Shown: piece after piece, positions 50,997-59,308 of the stretch
Layout: each line of letters starts with the position of its first letter
Numbering within the stretch: position 1 is the stretch's first letter
Sequence record: PZ049713.1
Source: a phage
Reading direction: 5' to 3' (one strand)
Length of the DNA: 59,621 bases
Notes under the pieces: model-generated
The model's database searches: none
What the model saw: the letters and a program-made list of their open reading frames with translations, nothing else
Told to the model about the DNA's origin: nothing
Position numbers and translations under genes: made by a program

Positions 50997-52010
50997 ATGA
51001 GCGAGCCAACCGGAAAGGCCAAAGGAGGAGTCGCGCGCGCCCATGCGCTAACGGCTGACGAGAGGAAGGATATCGCCAAGAAGGCTGCGGAGGCCCGTTG
51101 GGCTGCGCCAAAGGCGTTATACGTCGGAGAGCTGTCTATCGGGGAGCTAACCATCGATTGCGCAGTGCTGCCAGACGGCACGCGAGTGCTCTCGCAACGC
51201 GGAGTCGGTCGGGCGCTTGGCCGCAGCTATGGTGGCAAAGACTTCCGCGTCTCCGGCGACGAAGATGCCGGTGGGAAACTACCCTTTTTCATGAATGCAA
51301 ACACCCTAAAACCCTTTATTTCCAGTGAGTTAGCGGCGCTGGTCTCAAAGCCAATTCCGTATCGACACGAGCAAGGCGGCGGCGTGGCGCACGGTATAAG
51401 TGCAAGCGCCCTTCCCCAGATATGCGAAGTTTGGCTCAAGGCAAGGGAGGCTGGCGGGCTTACCAAGGTTCAGCTACCAATGGCGGCAAAGGCCGAAATA
51501 ATCATGCGCGGCCTGGCGCACATTGGCATCACCGCGCTTGTCGATGAAGCGACCGGTTACCAAGAGGTCCGCGACAAGCAGGCGCTCCAGGCGATCCTTG
51601 ACCAGTACCTGCGCAAGGAGCTGGCTGCATGGGCTAAGCGGTTTCCAGACGAATTCTATGCTCAGATGTTCAGGCTGAAAGGTTGGCAGCGAAAAGACCT
51701 AAGCTCGCCTTCACGGCGCCCAGGTGCTGCTGGGATGTACACCAATGATCTGGTCTACGAGCGGCTGGCTCCGAACATCCTTGCAGAGCTGGAGGCTCGC
51801 AACCCAAAGGACGCTAAAGGCAATAGGAGAGGCAAGCACCACCAGCTTCTAACCGATGACGTAGGGCACCCGGCGCTAGCGCAGCACTTGCACGCACTGA
51901 TCGCTCTAATGCGCGCCTCGCCTTCCTGGGACCAGTTCATGCTTATGGTCAACACAGCCTTCCCAAAAAAGAACGACACCCTGCTGCTGGACTTGCAGCC
52001 CTGCGACTAG
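50997..52010 (+). CDS. P63C-domain protein
   Basis: ...GELTIDCAVLPDGTRVLSQRGVGRALG... resembles the P63C domain N-terminus. Alternative GTG start at 50952. Confidence 0.55.
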   Translation: MSEPTGKAKGGVARAHALTADERKDIAKKAAEARWAAPKALYVGELSIGELTIDCAVLPDGTRVLSQRGVGRALGRSYGGKDFRVSGDEDAGGKLPFFMNANTLKPFISSELAALVSKPIPYRHEQGGGVAHGISASALPQICEVWLKAREAGGLTKVQLPMAAKAEIIMRGLAHIGITALVDEATGYQEVRDKQALQAILDQYLRKELAAWAKRFPDEFYAQMFRLKGWQRKDLSSPSRRPGAAGMYTNDLVYERLAPNILAELEARNPKDAKGNRRGKHHQLLTDDVGHPALAQHLHALIALMRASPSWDQFMLMVNTAFPKKNDTLLLDLQPCD

Positions 52011-52031
52011 TTGCGGGAACACTGAAACTAT

Positions 52032-52055
52032 AGCCCGCCACTGAGCGGGCTTTTT
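52032..52055 (+). terminator. Intrinsic terminator after the P63C gene
   Basis: agcccgc-cactga-gcgggct followed by tttt. Confidence 0.8.
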
Positions 52056-52065
52056 CTTGCCTGCG

Positions 52066-52119
52066 AATTTCAGCAAGCTTAAAAAAAGACTTGACCGATA
52101 AATTCAGCATGCTTAAATT
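52066..52119 (+). promoter_or_regulatory. OL/PL: early-left promoter with two operator sites
   Basis: aatttcagcaagcttaaaaa (52066-52085). TTGACC (52091-52096)-17 nt-TAAATT (52114-52119), with operator aaattcagcatgcttaaatt (52100-52119) across the spacer and -10. Confidence 0.7.
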
Positions 52120-52380
52120 ACACCCATCGACGCAGCACACCGCGCCGACAGGCCGAGAGGCCTCGGGTGATCCCGAAATGCTCTTTATACAACTCGACGT
52201 GACCCAACGACGTACCGGCCAACCCGGTGGTGAGAAAGCTAAACCGTCGTCCATGCCAGCTCTGGAACTGGCCGTGGCTCCACATGCAGCCACGCGAAGT
52301 TGCGAAATGTCACCCGGTGCGACGCCAGTTGCGGCAGCGGGAAAGAGACGACTCAGACAAGGAATCGCAGCGGAGACAGG

Positions 52381-52401
52381 TAATTCGGAATTTCCGAATT
52401 A
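52381..52401. promoter_or_regulatory. Perfect 21-bp palindrome TAATTCGGAA-T-TTCCGAATTA in the early-left leader
   Basis: 10-bp arms with a 1-nt centre, AT-rich, about 105 bp upstream of the first early-left gene. Confidence 0.6.
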
Positions 52402-52507
52402 TCAGCCAAGCCCACCGTGGCAAGTAACGGAGGCTAGCAAGACAGAAGATTCCTCGGTGCGCCTCAAGTTGGGCGCATCAGGGGGAATCCACTGGAAGGA
52501 GTGAGTA

Positions 52508-52720
52508 ATGAACATCAGCGTTTTGAATTTCGAAGCCTACAAGATCGACGTAAACCCAGCCAGCCGCACGCTAATGGGCGTCTCGGCATACGACGCGGAC
52601 GGCGCCACGGTGCTGGACAACTTCGACATCGAGCAGATCGTGAACCACTTCGGGGCCGGCGAATTGCTGGATGAGATCGGCGAGCAGGTCGCCCGCCGCC
52701 ACTTTGAGATTGAGGGATAG
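52508..52720 (+). CDS. Hypothetical early protein (70 aa)
   Basis: Strong RBS ggaaggag upstream of the ATG. Confidence 0.7.
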   Translation: MNISVLNFEAYKIDVNPASRTLMGVSAYDADGATVLDNFDIEQIVNHFGAGELLDEIGEQVARRHFEIEG

Positions 52721-52723
52721 CAC

Positions 52724-52930
52724 ATGGCCCAGTTCAACATCGACGCCAGCTTGAGCGACGGAAAGAAGCTCAAATGGCTGGCCATTGCAGATGAAGGCGA
52801 AAGCCTGCAGTCGGTAGCCGATCAGGTGAAGCGTGCGGCGGGCAAGAAGTTCGGGCCTGCCGTGATGCTGAACCGCTGGAGTGTGATGCGAGCCAGCAAC
52901 GGCTGCATCACGGTGACGATGAACGCCTAA
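52724..52930 (+). CDS. Hypothetical early protein (68 aa)
   Basis: ORF 3 nt after the upstream stop. Confidence 0.65.
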   Translation: MAQFNIDASLSDGKKLKWLAIADEGESLQSVADQVKRAAGKKFGPAVMLNRWSVMRASNGCITVTMNA

Positions 52931-53089
52931 CCCCACCCCCGCAGCTTGGCGACAGGCTGCATTGGGAAACACACACGCAGCCCGCCCTATCCGCCGCCCA
53001 GAAGCCACACGCTCTCAGACGGTGGAGCGCATACAGCGGATGGATGAGGCGCAGATGGCGGCTTGATGAATCACTCAGGGGGAAAGGAC

Positions 53090-53368
53090 ATGACTCAGAT
53101 AGCAATTGTTGGTTACGAGAGCGACTGCAACTGCGATCACTGCGGGCGCGCCTTGCGCCACGGAGTTCGCCTGAATGACGGGCGCGTGGTTGGCGCCACT
53201 TGCCTGGATAAGAAGCTGACGAAGCCCCGCCAGTACCAGGGTAATTCGTTCCGATTCGGGGCTGAGCACATCGTCAGGATCGCAAAAACCGTTCAGTTCT
53301 ATTCACCATCCAACTGGTCGCGCTTTGGTGTTTCGGCATCTAGCACAATCTTCGAGGCAGTCACATGA
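53090..53368 (+). CDS. Hypothetical Cys-containing protein (92 aa)
   Basis: ATG at 53090 has a gggggaaagga RBS. CNCDHC motif. Confidence 0.65.
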   Translation: MTQIAIVGYESDCNCDHCGRALRHGVRLNDGRVVGATCLDKKLTKPRQYQGNSFRFGAEHIVRIAKTVQFYSPSNWSRFGVSASSTIFEAVT

Positions 53369-53538
53369 AATTGAAGCCGAAGCGTGGGCAAGCAGACCTA
53401 AGGGGCGATGGGCGCGACTACTCGCGATTGGTGCTCGCAGCATTTGATTCGATTGAGGATGACGCGGAAACAGAGCGACTGATTGAGCTGAATCGGCGCA
53501 GCCGTGAGGTCAATGAGAATGCCAAGAAGCGTTTCTAA
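53365..53538 (+). CDS. Hypothetical small protein (57 aa)
   Basis: ATGA overlap with the upstream stop. Confidence 0.5.
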   Translation: MKLKPKRGQADLRGDGRDYSRLVLAAFDSIEDDAETERLIELNRRSREVNENAKKRF

Positions 53539-53631
53539 CCCGCCGGCCCTGCCGGTACTGAATTAAGCCGCCGACCGAAGGACGGTCGGCTTGGATGAAC
53601 TGTTATGCGACAGCGAACTACGGAGAATAAA

Positions 53632-53952
53632 ATGCAAACACAACACACGCCGGGGCCGTGGGCGTACAAAGGAAAAGAAACCGCAGGCGCGGGAGGATTG
53701 CTACTCGGGCGAGATGGTGAGCCGATTGCGGTGGTATATGGTGAGAAAACCAACCCGCGAGCAGAGCATGACGGGAACATAATGGAGGCCGCGCCTGACC
53801 TGCTGGAAGCGCTGGAGGCTGCCAACGCACAGATGCGCATCGCCTATGAGTGCGTAGAAGCGGGACGCTACGACGAGGCACTACTGCACCTCGGGAGCAT
53901 GCCTAGACAACGCACTGAAGCCATCGCCAAGGCCCGCGGCGCCCCATGCTAA
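53632..53952 (+). CDS. Ead/Ea22-like early protein (106 aa)
   Basis: HTPGPW...EAAPDLLEALEAA motif, common in lambdoid early-left proteins. ggaga RBS. Confidence 0.6.
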   Translation: MQTQHTPGPWAYKGKETAGAGGLLLGRDGEPIAVVYGEKTNPRAEHDGNIMEAAPDLLEALEAANAQMRIAYECVEAGRYDEALLHLGSMPRQRTEAIAKARGAPC

Positions 53953-54039
53953 CCGGCCCCGAAGCCCTGATCCTATGCGCCATCCTCGCAGCGCTGTACA
54001 TGTGGGATTGGTGGAGAAGGAATTGGAAAGGAGATTGAC

Positions 54040-54306
54040 ATGACCATTGAAACAGGCGGCCCGGCGTTTCCGGTTCAAGGGTTTGAGTATCTGAACGACG
54101 CCAACACAGCAGACCCGGAGCGGGTAGTGCACACCCCGTACCCGGGCATGACCCTTCGCGACTACCTGGCAGCCAAGGCGATGCAGTCACTTATGCGTGC
54201 AAACGGACTTTCTATCTGCCACCCATCGACCGATGGTGACAACCAGGCCGTAGCGAAAGTGGCATACGCGATGGCTGACGCAATGCTCGCAGCCCGCACC
54301 AAATAA
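54040..54306 (+). CDS. Hypothetical early protein (88 aa)
   Basis: ggaaaggag RBS upstream of the ATG at 54040. Confidence 0.7.
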   Translation: MTIETGGPAFPVQGFEYLNDANTADPERVVHTPYPGMTLRDYLAAKAMQSLMRANGLSICHPSTDGDNQAVAKVAYAMADAMLAARTK

Positions 54307-54769
54307 CCCCCGCCTGAACCAGCCAGGCCAGACCCCCAGGTCTGCGATAACCGTACGGCGCGCGGTGCTGGTAGCGCCATGAACAAACCGCCGAGCGCAG
54401 CGGCCCTTCGGGATACCTGCGACGAGGATCAGCCGGACAGTGCCTCGATTGCAGAAAACCCCGGCAGCCATCCATGGGATTTTCCACAGCTTTGCCCGAG
54501 GGGATGGCCGAGTGACTGGCGTTACCAGTCGGCATCGGAGAGTGATCTGAATGCGCAGGCTGATGCGACGCCCATAGCGAGGCGACACGGCGGTAAAGCC
54601 ATTACGTTGTGCCGGGATCAGCTCCGGCCAGATCACTCCCCGATGCCACTGCATCACCCCTTCCCACGCCCATCCGGGCAACCGAGGTATCGACCATGAA
54701 GCACTACGGACCCATAGGGCGCCGCGAACAGCCGTGCCCGGATGACAGCGTTTCCGCGAGGATTCAACG

Positions 54770-55045
54770 ATGAAATTCGAGATCGACCTAGATGAATACC
54801 TCCTCTCCGTTGAGGTAACCCATTGCGCAGTCGTTGAACCTGACTGTCGGTGCCGGGACAGCGCGGACGATTACTACGGCTACAGCGAGCTTGAATTCAC
54901 CATCACCAGCGGCTCTGTCTTTGACGAAGACGGAAACGAAACGGAGATGGATCTGAATGGTTGCGCAGCGGTTGCCGATGAGCACGCGGAGCGGATCAAA
55001 GATCGGCTGTGGAACATGATCGACGCCAAGCGGGAGGCAGCATGA
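54770..55045 (+). CDS. Hypothetical acidic protein (91 aa)
   Basis: First ORF of a chain of translationally coupled genes. Confidence 0.65.
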   Translation: MKFEIDLDEYLLSVEVTHCAVVEPDCRCRDSADDYYGYSELEFTITSGSVFDEDGNETEMDLNGCAAVADEHAERIKDRLWNMIDAKREAA

Positions 55046-55257
55046 AGACCGAAGACACCATTCGCGAGCACTTCAAGCACCTGCGCGGCGCTCGGTACGC
55101 AGCGACCGCCGACTACCACTGCAACGTGCTGTACGGCTACCTGAAAGCCCTGCGCGACACCGGACAGATCGAGACGAGCCTTTACCTGCGGATGAATCAC
55201 GCAGTCACGAAGGCATGGACGCTCAAGACGAAATTCACCGTGAGGACTGCGGCATGA
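55042..55257 (+). CDS. Hypothetical protein (71 aa)
   Basis: ATGA overlaps at both ends. Confidence 0.65.
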   Translation: MKTEDTIREHFKHLRGARYAATADYHCNVLYGYLKALRDTGQIETSLYLRMNHAVTKAWTLKTKFTVRTAA

Positions 55258-55517
55258 AAGCCACCGTATACATCGCGCCGCACGGTCGCGCCGAGGTCAT
55301 TGAAGTGACCAAGGTGCGCCCAGAGGACGAGGCCTACTTCGTCCAGAACAACATCCAGATCAGCATGGAACAGCTTGCTGGCGAAACCATCGTTTACGCA
55401 GACATTGGCCAGACTGACGACGAGGGTGAGCCAGTCGAACTGACCGAGTTCGCCGGCACCCGATCTTGTGAAGAAACCCTGGCTGCGCTGCGCAAGGCAT
55501 GCGAGGAGGCGGCATGA
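55254..55517 (+). CDS. Hypothetical protein (87 aa)
   Basis: ATGA overlaps at both ends. Confidence 0.65.
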   Translation: MKATVYIAPHGRAEVIEVTKVRPEDEAYFVQNNIQISMEQLAGETIVYADIGQTDDEGEPVELTEFAGTRSCEETLAALRKACEEAA

Positions 55518-55795
55518 GCAAGGAAGTGAAACGGTACGACCCTCTGTTAGGGCTGGCGCGCAACGCGAAGCTACGGCGAATGGACATGCAGTGCGACCCG
55601 CAGTGGGTGCTGGACCTCGCAGCTGAACGCGACGCCCTTCTCGCTGAGCGGGATCGGCTGAAGGAGGCGCTGGCAGCAATGCTTGAAATTCACGGCGTAA
55701 CCCAGCGCTTCGCAGACACCCATATCGAAATACCTCAGTCGTGGGTAGATGTTTCTGACTTTGCCCGCGCCGCCCTGCAAGGAGAGCAGCCATGA
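55514..55795 (+). CDS. Hypothetical protein (93 aa)
   Basis: ATGA overlaps at both ends. Confidence 0.65.
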   Translation: MSKEVKRYDPLLGLARNAKLRRMDMQCDPQWVLDLAAERDALLAERDRLKEALAAMLEIHGVTQRFADTHIEIPQSWVDVSDFARAALQGEQP

Positions 55796-55893
55796 CCATC
55801 CAACTCAAGGAGCTGGCCGGCGCTGTCGGCATCCTCATCGTAGCCCTGTTCATCGGGGCGCTGTGCCACGTTGCGCTGATAGGGGGTGTGTGA
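55792..55893 (+). CDS. Small single-TM peptide (33 aa)
   Basis: ATGA overlap upstream and TGATG overlap downstream. MTIQLKELAGAVGILIVALFIGALCHVALIGGV. Confidence 0.45.
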   Translation: MTIQLKELAGAVGILIVALFIGALCHVALIGGV

Positions 55894-56462
55894 TGGATGA
55901 CCGCGAACTGTTGGAGATGGCGGCTAAGGCCAAGCACGCCAAAGAGCGCCACGGGATGAACAAGAGCCCAGAACACCGGGCCTGGGTGAGCATGCGACAG
56001 CGCTGCAGTAATCCTAATAAGAAGGAGTTTAAGCACTACGGAGGGCGAGGTATCAAGGTCTGTCAGCGCTGGTCCTACTTCGCAAACTTCATAGCGGACA
56101 TGGGGCGCCGCCCTAGCTCGGCTCACTCCCTTGACCGAATTGATGTGAACGGAGACTACGAGCCGGGCAACGTTCGCTGGGCCACAAAACAGACACAAGC
56201 AGAGAACACGACGGTTGCACGGATACTTTCCCATGATGGCGAAGCGCTGACAGTAAGTGAGTGGGAGCGTCGGAAGTGTCTCGCTCGAGGCACGATTTGT
56301 CGGCGCCTAGCAAGTGGATGGTCAATCGCTGAAGCAATCGATACGAGGCCTGTCATTGGGCAAAAGGTTCACCCCGAACCACCAAGGGACGTTTCTCGCC
56401 AAGCTCGAGGTAGCCATGGTGAGTTCGTCCGCGCTGCAGCCGAGATCGGGAGGGCCATGTGA
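55893..56462 (+). CDS. Phage DNA-binding / homing-endonuclease-like protein (189 aa)
   Basis: SPEHRAWVSMRQRCSNPNKKEFKHYGGRGIKVCQRW...LDRIDVNGDYEPGNVRWAT is a motif shared by phage proteins usually annotated HNH/AP2-like endonuclease. Confidence 0.6.
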   Translation: MDDRELLEMAAKAKHAKERHGMNKSPEHRAWVSMRQRCSNPNKKEFKHYGGRGIKVCQRWSYFANFIADMGRRPSSAHSLDRIDVNGDYEPGNVRWATKQTQAENTTVARILSHDGEALTVSEWERRKCLARGTICRRLASGWSIAEAIDTRPVIGQKVHPEPPRDVSRQARGSHGEFVRAAAEIGRAM

Positions 56463-56581
56463 TGGCATCAGCCTACCAACGCGCCAAGCGCATCTGGTTC
56501 TGGAAATTCTACGGCTACGGCCTGGCAGTGTTCTCGCTGCTGGCTGTGATTAGCGGACTGGCAGGGGAGGTGACGGGATGA
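56462..56581 (+). CDS. Small TM peptide (39 aa)
   Basis: Coupling overlaps at both ends. Hydrophobic core YGLAVFSLLAVISGLAG. Confidence 0.4.
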   Translation: MASAYQRAKRIWFWKFYGYGLAVFSLLAVISGLAGEVTG

Positions 56582-57084
56582 ACGCTCAAGAACGCAAAGC
56601 CTTCGCCGAGACCATACGCCCCGCAGTGAATGGCCAGTCTGACAAGTTCTCCTGGCGGCTATATCAGCGGGCTCTGAAGAAGGGGCGTGAGCAGGTCTAT
56701 CTGATGGCGTGGAACGTCATCGATGGATACCGCGCTCCGAGCCTCGGCGACCTAGAAGCAGGGAATACGCCAGCCTACCAAATTGCAATCGGCGTGAAGG
56801 CAGATGGCTGGTTCCACGGAAACAATCTTCGCAACATTTGCACCCCAGGCTCGGCCAGGCACGACTGGGCGTATAGCCCAGCCCACCACGTGGACGAGTG
56901 GATCGAGATTACCGACTGGTTCTGGGAGAACTACCTACGCGTCGGCCGCTGCCTGTTCTGGAAGTACGAACACAACTGGATTGCCATCAATCGCAACGCA
57001 CGCAAGTGCGCACATTGCGGGGAGCATCAGCGCCGCAGCATTAGGACAAAGCGCGTTATCGAGCGAAAGGAGATTTGGGCATGA
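56578..57084 (+). CDS. Hypothetical protein (168 aa)
   Basis: ORF in the coupled chain. C-terminal CAHCGEH. Confidence 0.7.
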   Translation: MNAQERKAFAETIRPAVNGQSDKFSWRLYQRALKKGREQVYLMAWNVIDGYRAPSLGDLEAGNTPAYQIAIGVKADGWFHGNNLRNICTPGSARHDWAYSPAHHVDEWIEITDWFWENYLRVGRCLFWKYEHNWIAINRNARKCAHCGEHQRRSIRTKRVIERKEIWA

Positions 57085-57251
57085 ACCGCACCCTCCCCAT
57101 CCCCTACGACACCGGCCCGCACGACGACACCCCATCAGGCCACAGCTTCGCCGCTGCTTGGTGGACCCTTACCGGGTTCGGCGTCCTTTCCGCAACGCTC
57201 GCTTTCGGCCTCATTGGTGAGGCGGCGATCTTTCACTTCTTCGGAGGTTGA
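57081..57251 (+). CDS. Small TM protein (56 aa)
   Basis: ATGA overlap upstream. Hydrophobic WWTLTGFGVLSATLAFGLIGEAAIF. Confidence 0.45.
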   Translation: MNRTLPIPYDTGPHDDTPSGHSFAAAWWTLTGFGVLSATLAFGLIGEAAIFHFFGG

Positions 57252-57253
57252 GC

Positions 57254-57976
57254 ATGAACAACCAGAACATGAGCATCTGGAGCCAGGTTGAGAAGACCGC
57301 CCCAGAGGCCACCAAGTCCGCGAAGGTCAACGGCCAGCAGATCACCTCGATCAGCGGCCAGCACATGATCAAGCGCGCAACGGAGGTGTTCGGCCCGGTC
57401 GGTATCGGCTGGGGCTGGACGGTCGCCGAGGAGCGCTTCGACCAGGGCGGCGAGATCCGCAACGACAAGGGCGACCTGATCGGCCACGAGATCGGCCACA
57501 CGATCCGCGTGAAGCTCTGGTTCATGCAGGGCGACAAGCGCGGCGAGGTTGAGCAGTACGGGTGCACGCCGTTCACCTACAAGAGCAAGTGGGGCGTAAC
57601 CACGGACACCGAGGCGCCGAAGAAGTCGCTGACCGACGCCGTGAAGAAGGCGCTGGCGATGCTTGGCTTCAGCGCTGACATCTTCCTTGGTCTGTACGAC
57701 GACCGCGATTACGTGGCCGAGCGCGAGGCCGAGGCCCAGCTTGAGCAGGCCGAGAACAAGGAAGCCGAGGCAGCTCGTCAAGCCCAAGAGCGCCTCGATT
57801 GGCTCAAGGCTGCTCTCGACACTATGGCCGGCGCGCAGACCATGCACGAGCTTTCCAAGCTCCACGCCTCTTACGTCCGCAGCGCCACGCGCCGCAATGA
57901 GGATAAGTTCGTCAAGCGCCTTGCCCTGTCATTCGATGAGCGCAAAGCCCAGCTTGAGCAAAAGGAGGCAGCATGA
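57254..57976 (+). CDS. Rad52/Sak-like single-strand annealing protein
   Basis: ggagg RBS. ...KKSLTDAVKKALAMLGFSADIFLG... is typical of Rad52/22-family phage recombinases. Followed by Gp157 and an SSB-like gene. Confidence 0.6.
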   Translation: MNNQNMSIWSQVEKTAPEATKSAKVNGQQITSISGQHMIKRATEVFGPVGIGWGWTVAEERFDQGGEIRNDKGDLIGHEIGHTIRVKLWFMQGDKRGEVEQYGCTPFTYKSKWGVTTDTEAPKKSLTDAVKKALAMLGFSADIFLGLYDDRDYVAEREAEAQLEQAENKEAEAARQAQERLDWLKAALDTMAGAQTMHELSKLHASYVRSATRRNEDKFVKRLALSFDERKAQLEQKEAA

Positions 57977-58470
57977 GCGCGCTCTACGAAATCACCGGCC
58001 AGTTCAAGGAGCTGGCCACGCTGCAGGAGACGGCCGACGAGGATCTGGCCGTCGCCATCCGCGACACGATGGCGGGCATAGAAGCCGAGTTCAACGACAA
58101 GGCGCTGGCCGTGTCGCACATCATCCTGAATTTCGACGCCGACGTTGCCGCACTCGACAAGGAGATCGAACGCCTGCAGGAGCGCAAGCGGCTGGTCACC
58201 AACCGCCAGCGCGAGATCAAGGAGTACCTGCGCGAAAACATGGAAGCGTGCGGCATGACGAAGATCAGCTGCCCGCTCTTCACCATCACCCTGGCCAAAG
58301 GCCGCGAGTCGGTCGTCGTGGATGACGAGAACAGCATCCCGGACGACCTGATGCGCGTGAAGACCGAGATCGCGCCAGACAAAACTGCCATCGCGGCCAA
58401 GCTTAAGGCCGGCGAGGAAGTACCCGGTGCGCGCTTGGAGCGCGGCCAATCATCCATCCGCATTAAGTAA
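57973..58470 (+). CDS. Siphovirus Gp157-family protein
   Basis: MSALYEITGQFKEL... coiled coil ...SCPLFTITLAKGRESVVVDDENSIP matches the Gp157 family pattern. Confidence 0.7.
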   Translation: MSALYEITGQFKELATLQETADEDLAVAIRDTMAGIEAEFNDKALAVSHIILNFDADVAALDKEIERLQERKRLVTNRQREIKEYLRENMEACGMTKISCPLFTITLAKGRESVVVDDENSIPDDLMRVKTEIAPDKTAIAAKLKAGEEVPGARLERGQSSIRIK

Positions 58471-58479
58471 GGAGCCAGA

Positions 58480-58818
58480 ATGGCCAAGCACAAATACGAC
58501 GTGGTAGCCACGGTCGGAAAGTACGAGAAGAACGGCGAAACCAAGTACATCAGCCGGAAGGTCGGCGCGGTCATCCAGACCGACAAGGGCTTCCGCATGA
58601 AGATGGACGCCTTCTTCAATCCGGCCGGCTGCAAGGTCGACGAAGACGGATCTATCTGGCTTGCCCTTTTTGAGCCGCGCGACGATCAGCAGCAAGGGCA
58701 GCCGCAGCAACAGCGTCAAGGCCAGCCACAACGCAGCCAGCAGGCGGCGCCTCCAGCCTATGATGACGATGTGCCATTCGCCAACCCCTACTGCGGCGCC
58801 CGCTCGCTGCTGATCTGA
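58480..58818 (+). CDS. ssDNA-binding-like protein with Q/P-rich linker and SSB-type acidic DDDVPF motif
   Basis: 112 aa. ...QQQGQPQQQRQGQPQRSQQAAPPAYDDDVPF followed by 12 more residues. Recombination-module position. Confidence 0.6.
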   Translation: MAKHKYDVVATVGKYEKNGETKYISRKVGAVIQTDKGFRMKMDAFFNPAGCKVDEDGSIWLALFEPRDDQQQGQPQQQRQGQPQRSQQAAPPAYDDDVPFANPYCGARSLLI

Positions 58819-58862
58819 TCCACCCCGGGCGCCCAGCGCGCCCTCCTCCCCGGTACACACCC

Positions 58863-59156
58863 ATGCTCATAGACAACCATGCCATAGCGCAGGGCGAGGC
58901 TCTGCGCGCGCAAATTGACGCGGCCACGGCTGCATTCCTGAACGCTGGCGGAAAGATCCAGCTGCTGCCCGACAGCATCGGCAAGCCGATAGAGATCAAG
59001 CCTGCCGTCTTCAACAACGCCGGAAACGCGGAGGCGGACCAGCGCAGCCGCAAGCGTGGCGCCCGCAACTCTGCCGTATCGAACAGCCTCCCTCTGCGCA
59101 AGCGCGGCACTCCGCAGGCCAAGCAGAACGACGTGCTGCGGCAGGAGTGGCCATGA
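58863..59156 (+). CDS. Hypothetical early protein (second copy of 7647-7940)
   Basis: Identical translation. Confidence 0.7.
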   Translation: MLIDNHAIAQGEALRAQIDAATAAFLNAGGKIQLLPDSIGKPIEIKPAVFNNAGNAEADQRSRKRGARNSAVSNSLPLRKRGTPQAKQNDVLRQEWP

Positions 59157-59308
59157 GATTCCCCGACGTGCTCGACGCCATCCGTCACGCGGCGTACCGG
59201 GCGGAAATCACTGGCAAGCCGTGGGGCGTCTACGCGCTTGCTCAATACATCGCTGCGCCGCTTGGTGATCTGAGCGACGCGGCACTGCTGGAGGTGTGCC
59301 AGCCATGA
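59153..59308 (+). CDS. Hypothetical small protein (second copy of 7937-8092)
   Basis: Same sequence at +51216. Confidence 0.55.
   Translation: MRFPDVLDAIRHAAYRAEITGKPWGVYALAQYIAAPLGDLSDAALLEVCQP

Larger units (their letters stand above)
7468..58683. mobile_element. One complete unit (51,216 bp) of a lambdoid temperate siphovirus genome
   Basis: Offset between direct repeat copies is 58684-7468 = 51216. Full complement present: integrase, immunity, replication, lysis, head and tail genes. No host genes. Confidence 0.9.

Noticed and set aside
52091-52504. 137-aa ORF starting inside the PL promoter/operator
   Set aside because: Its start codon lies within the -35/operator region, it has no RBS, and its Pro/Ser/Thr-rich composition is unconvincing. 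The region is treated as a transcribed leader.
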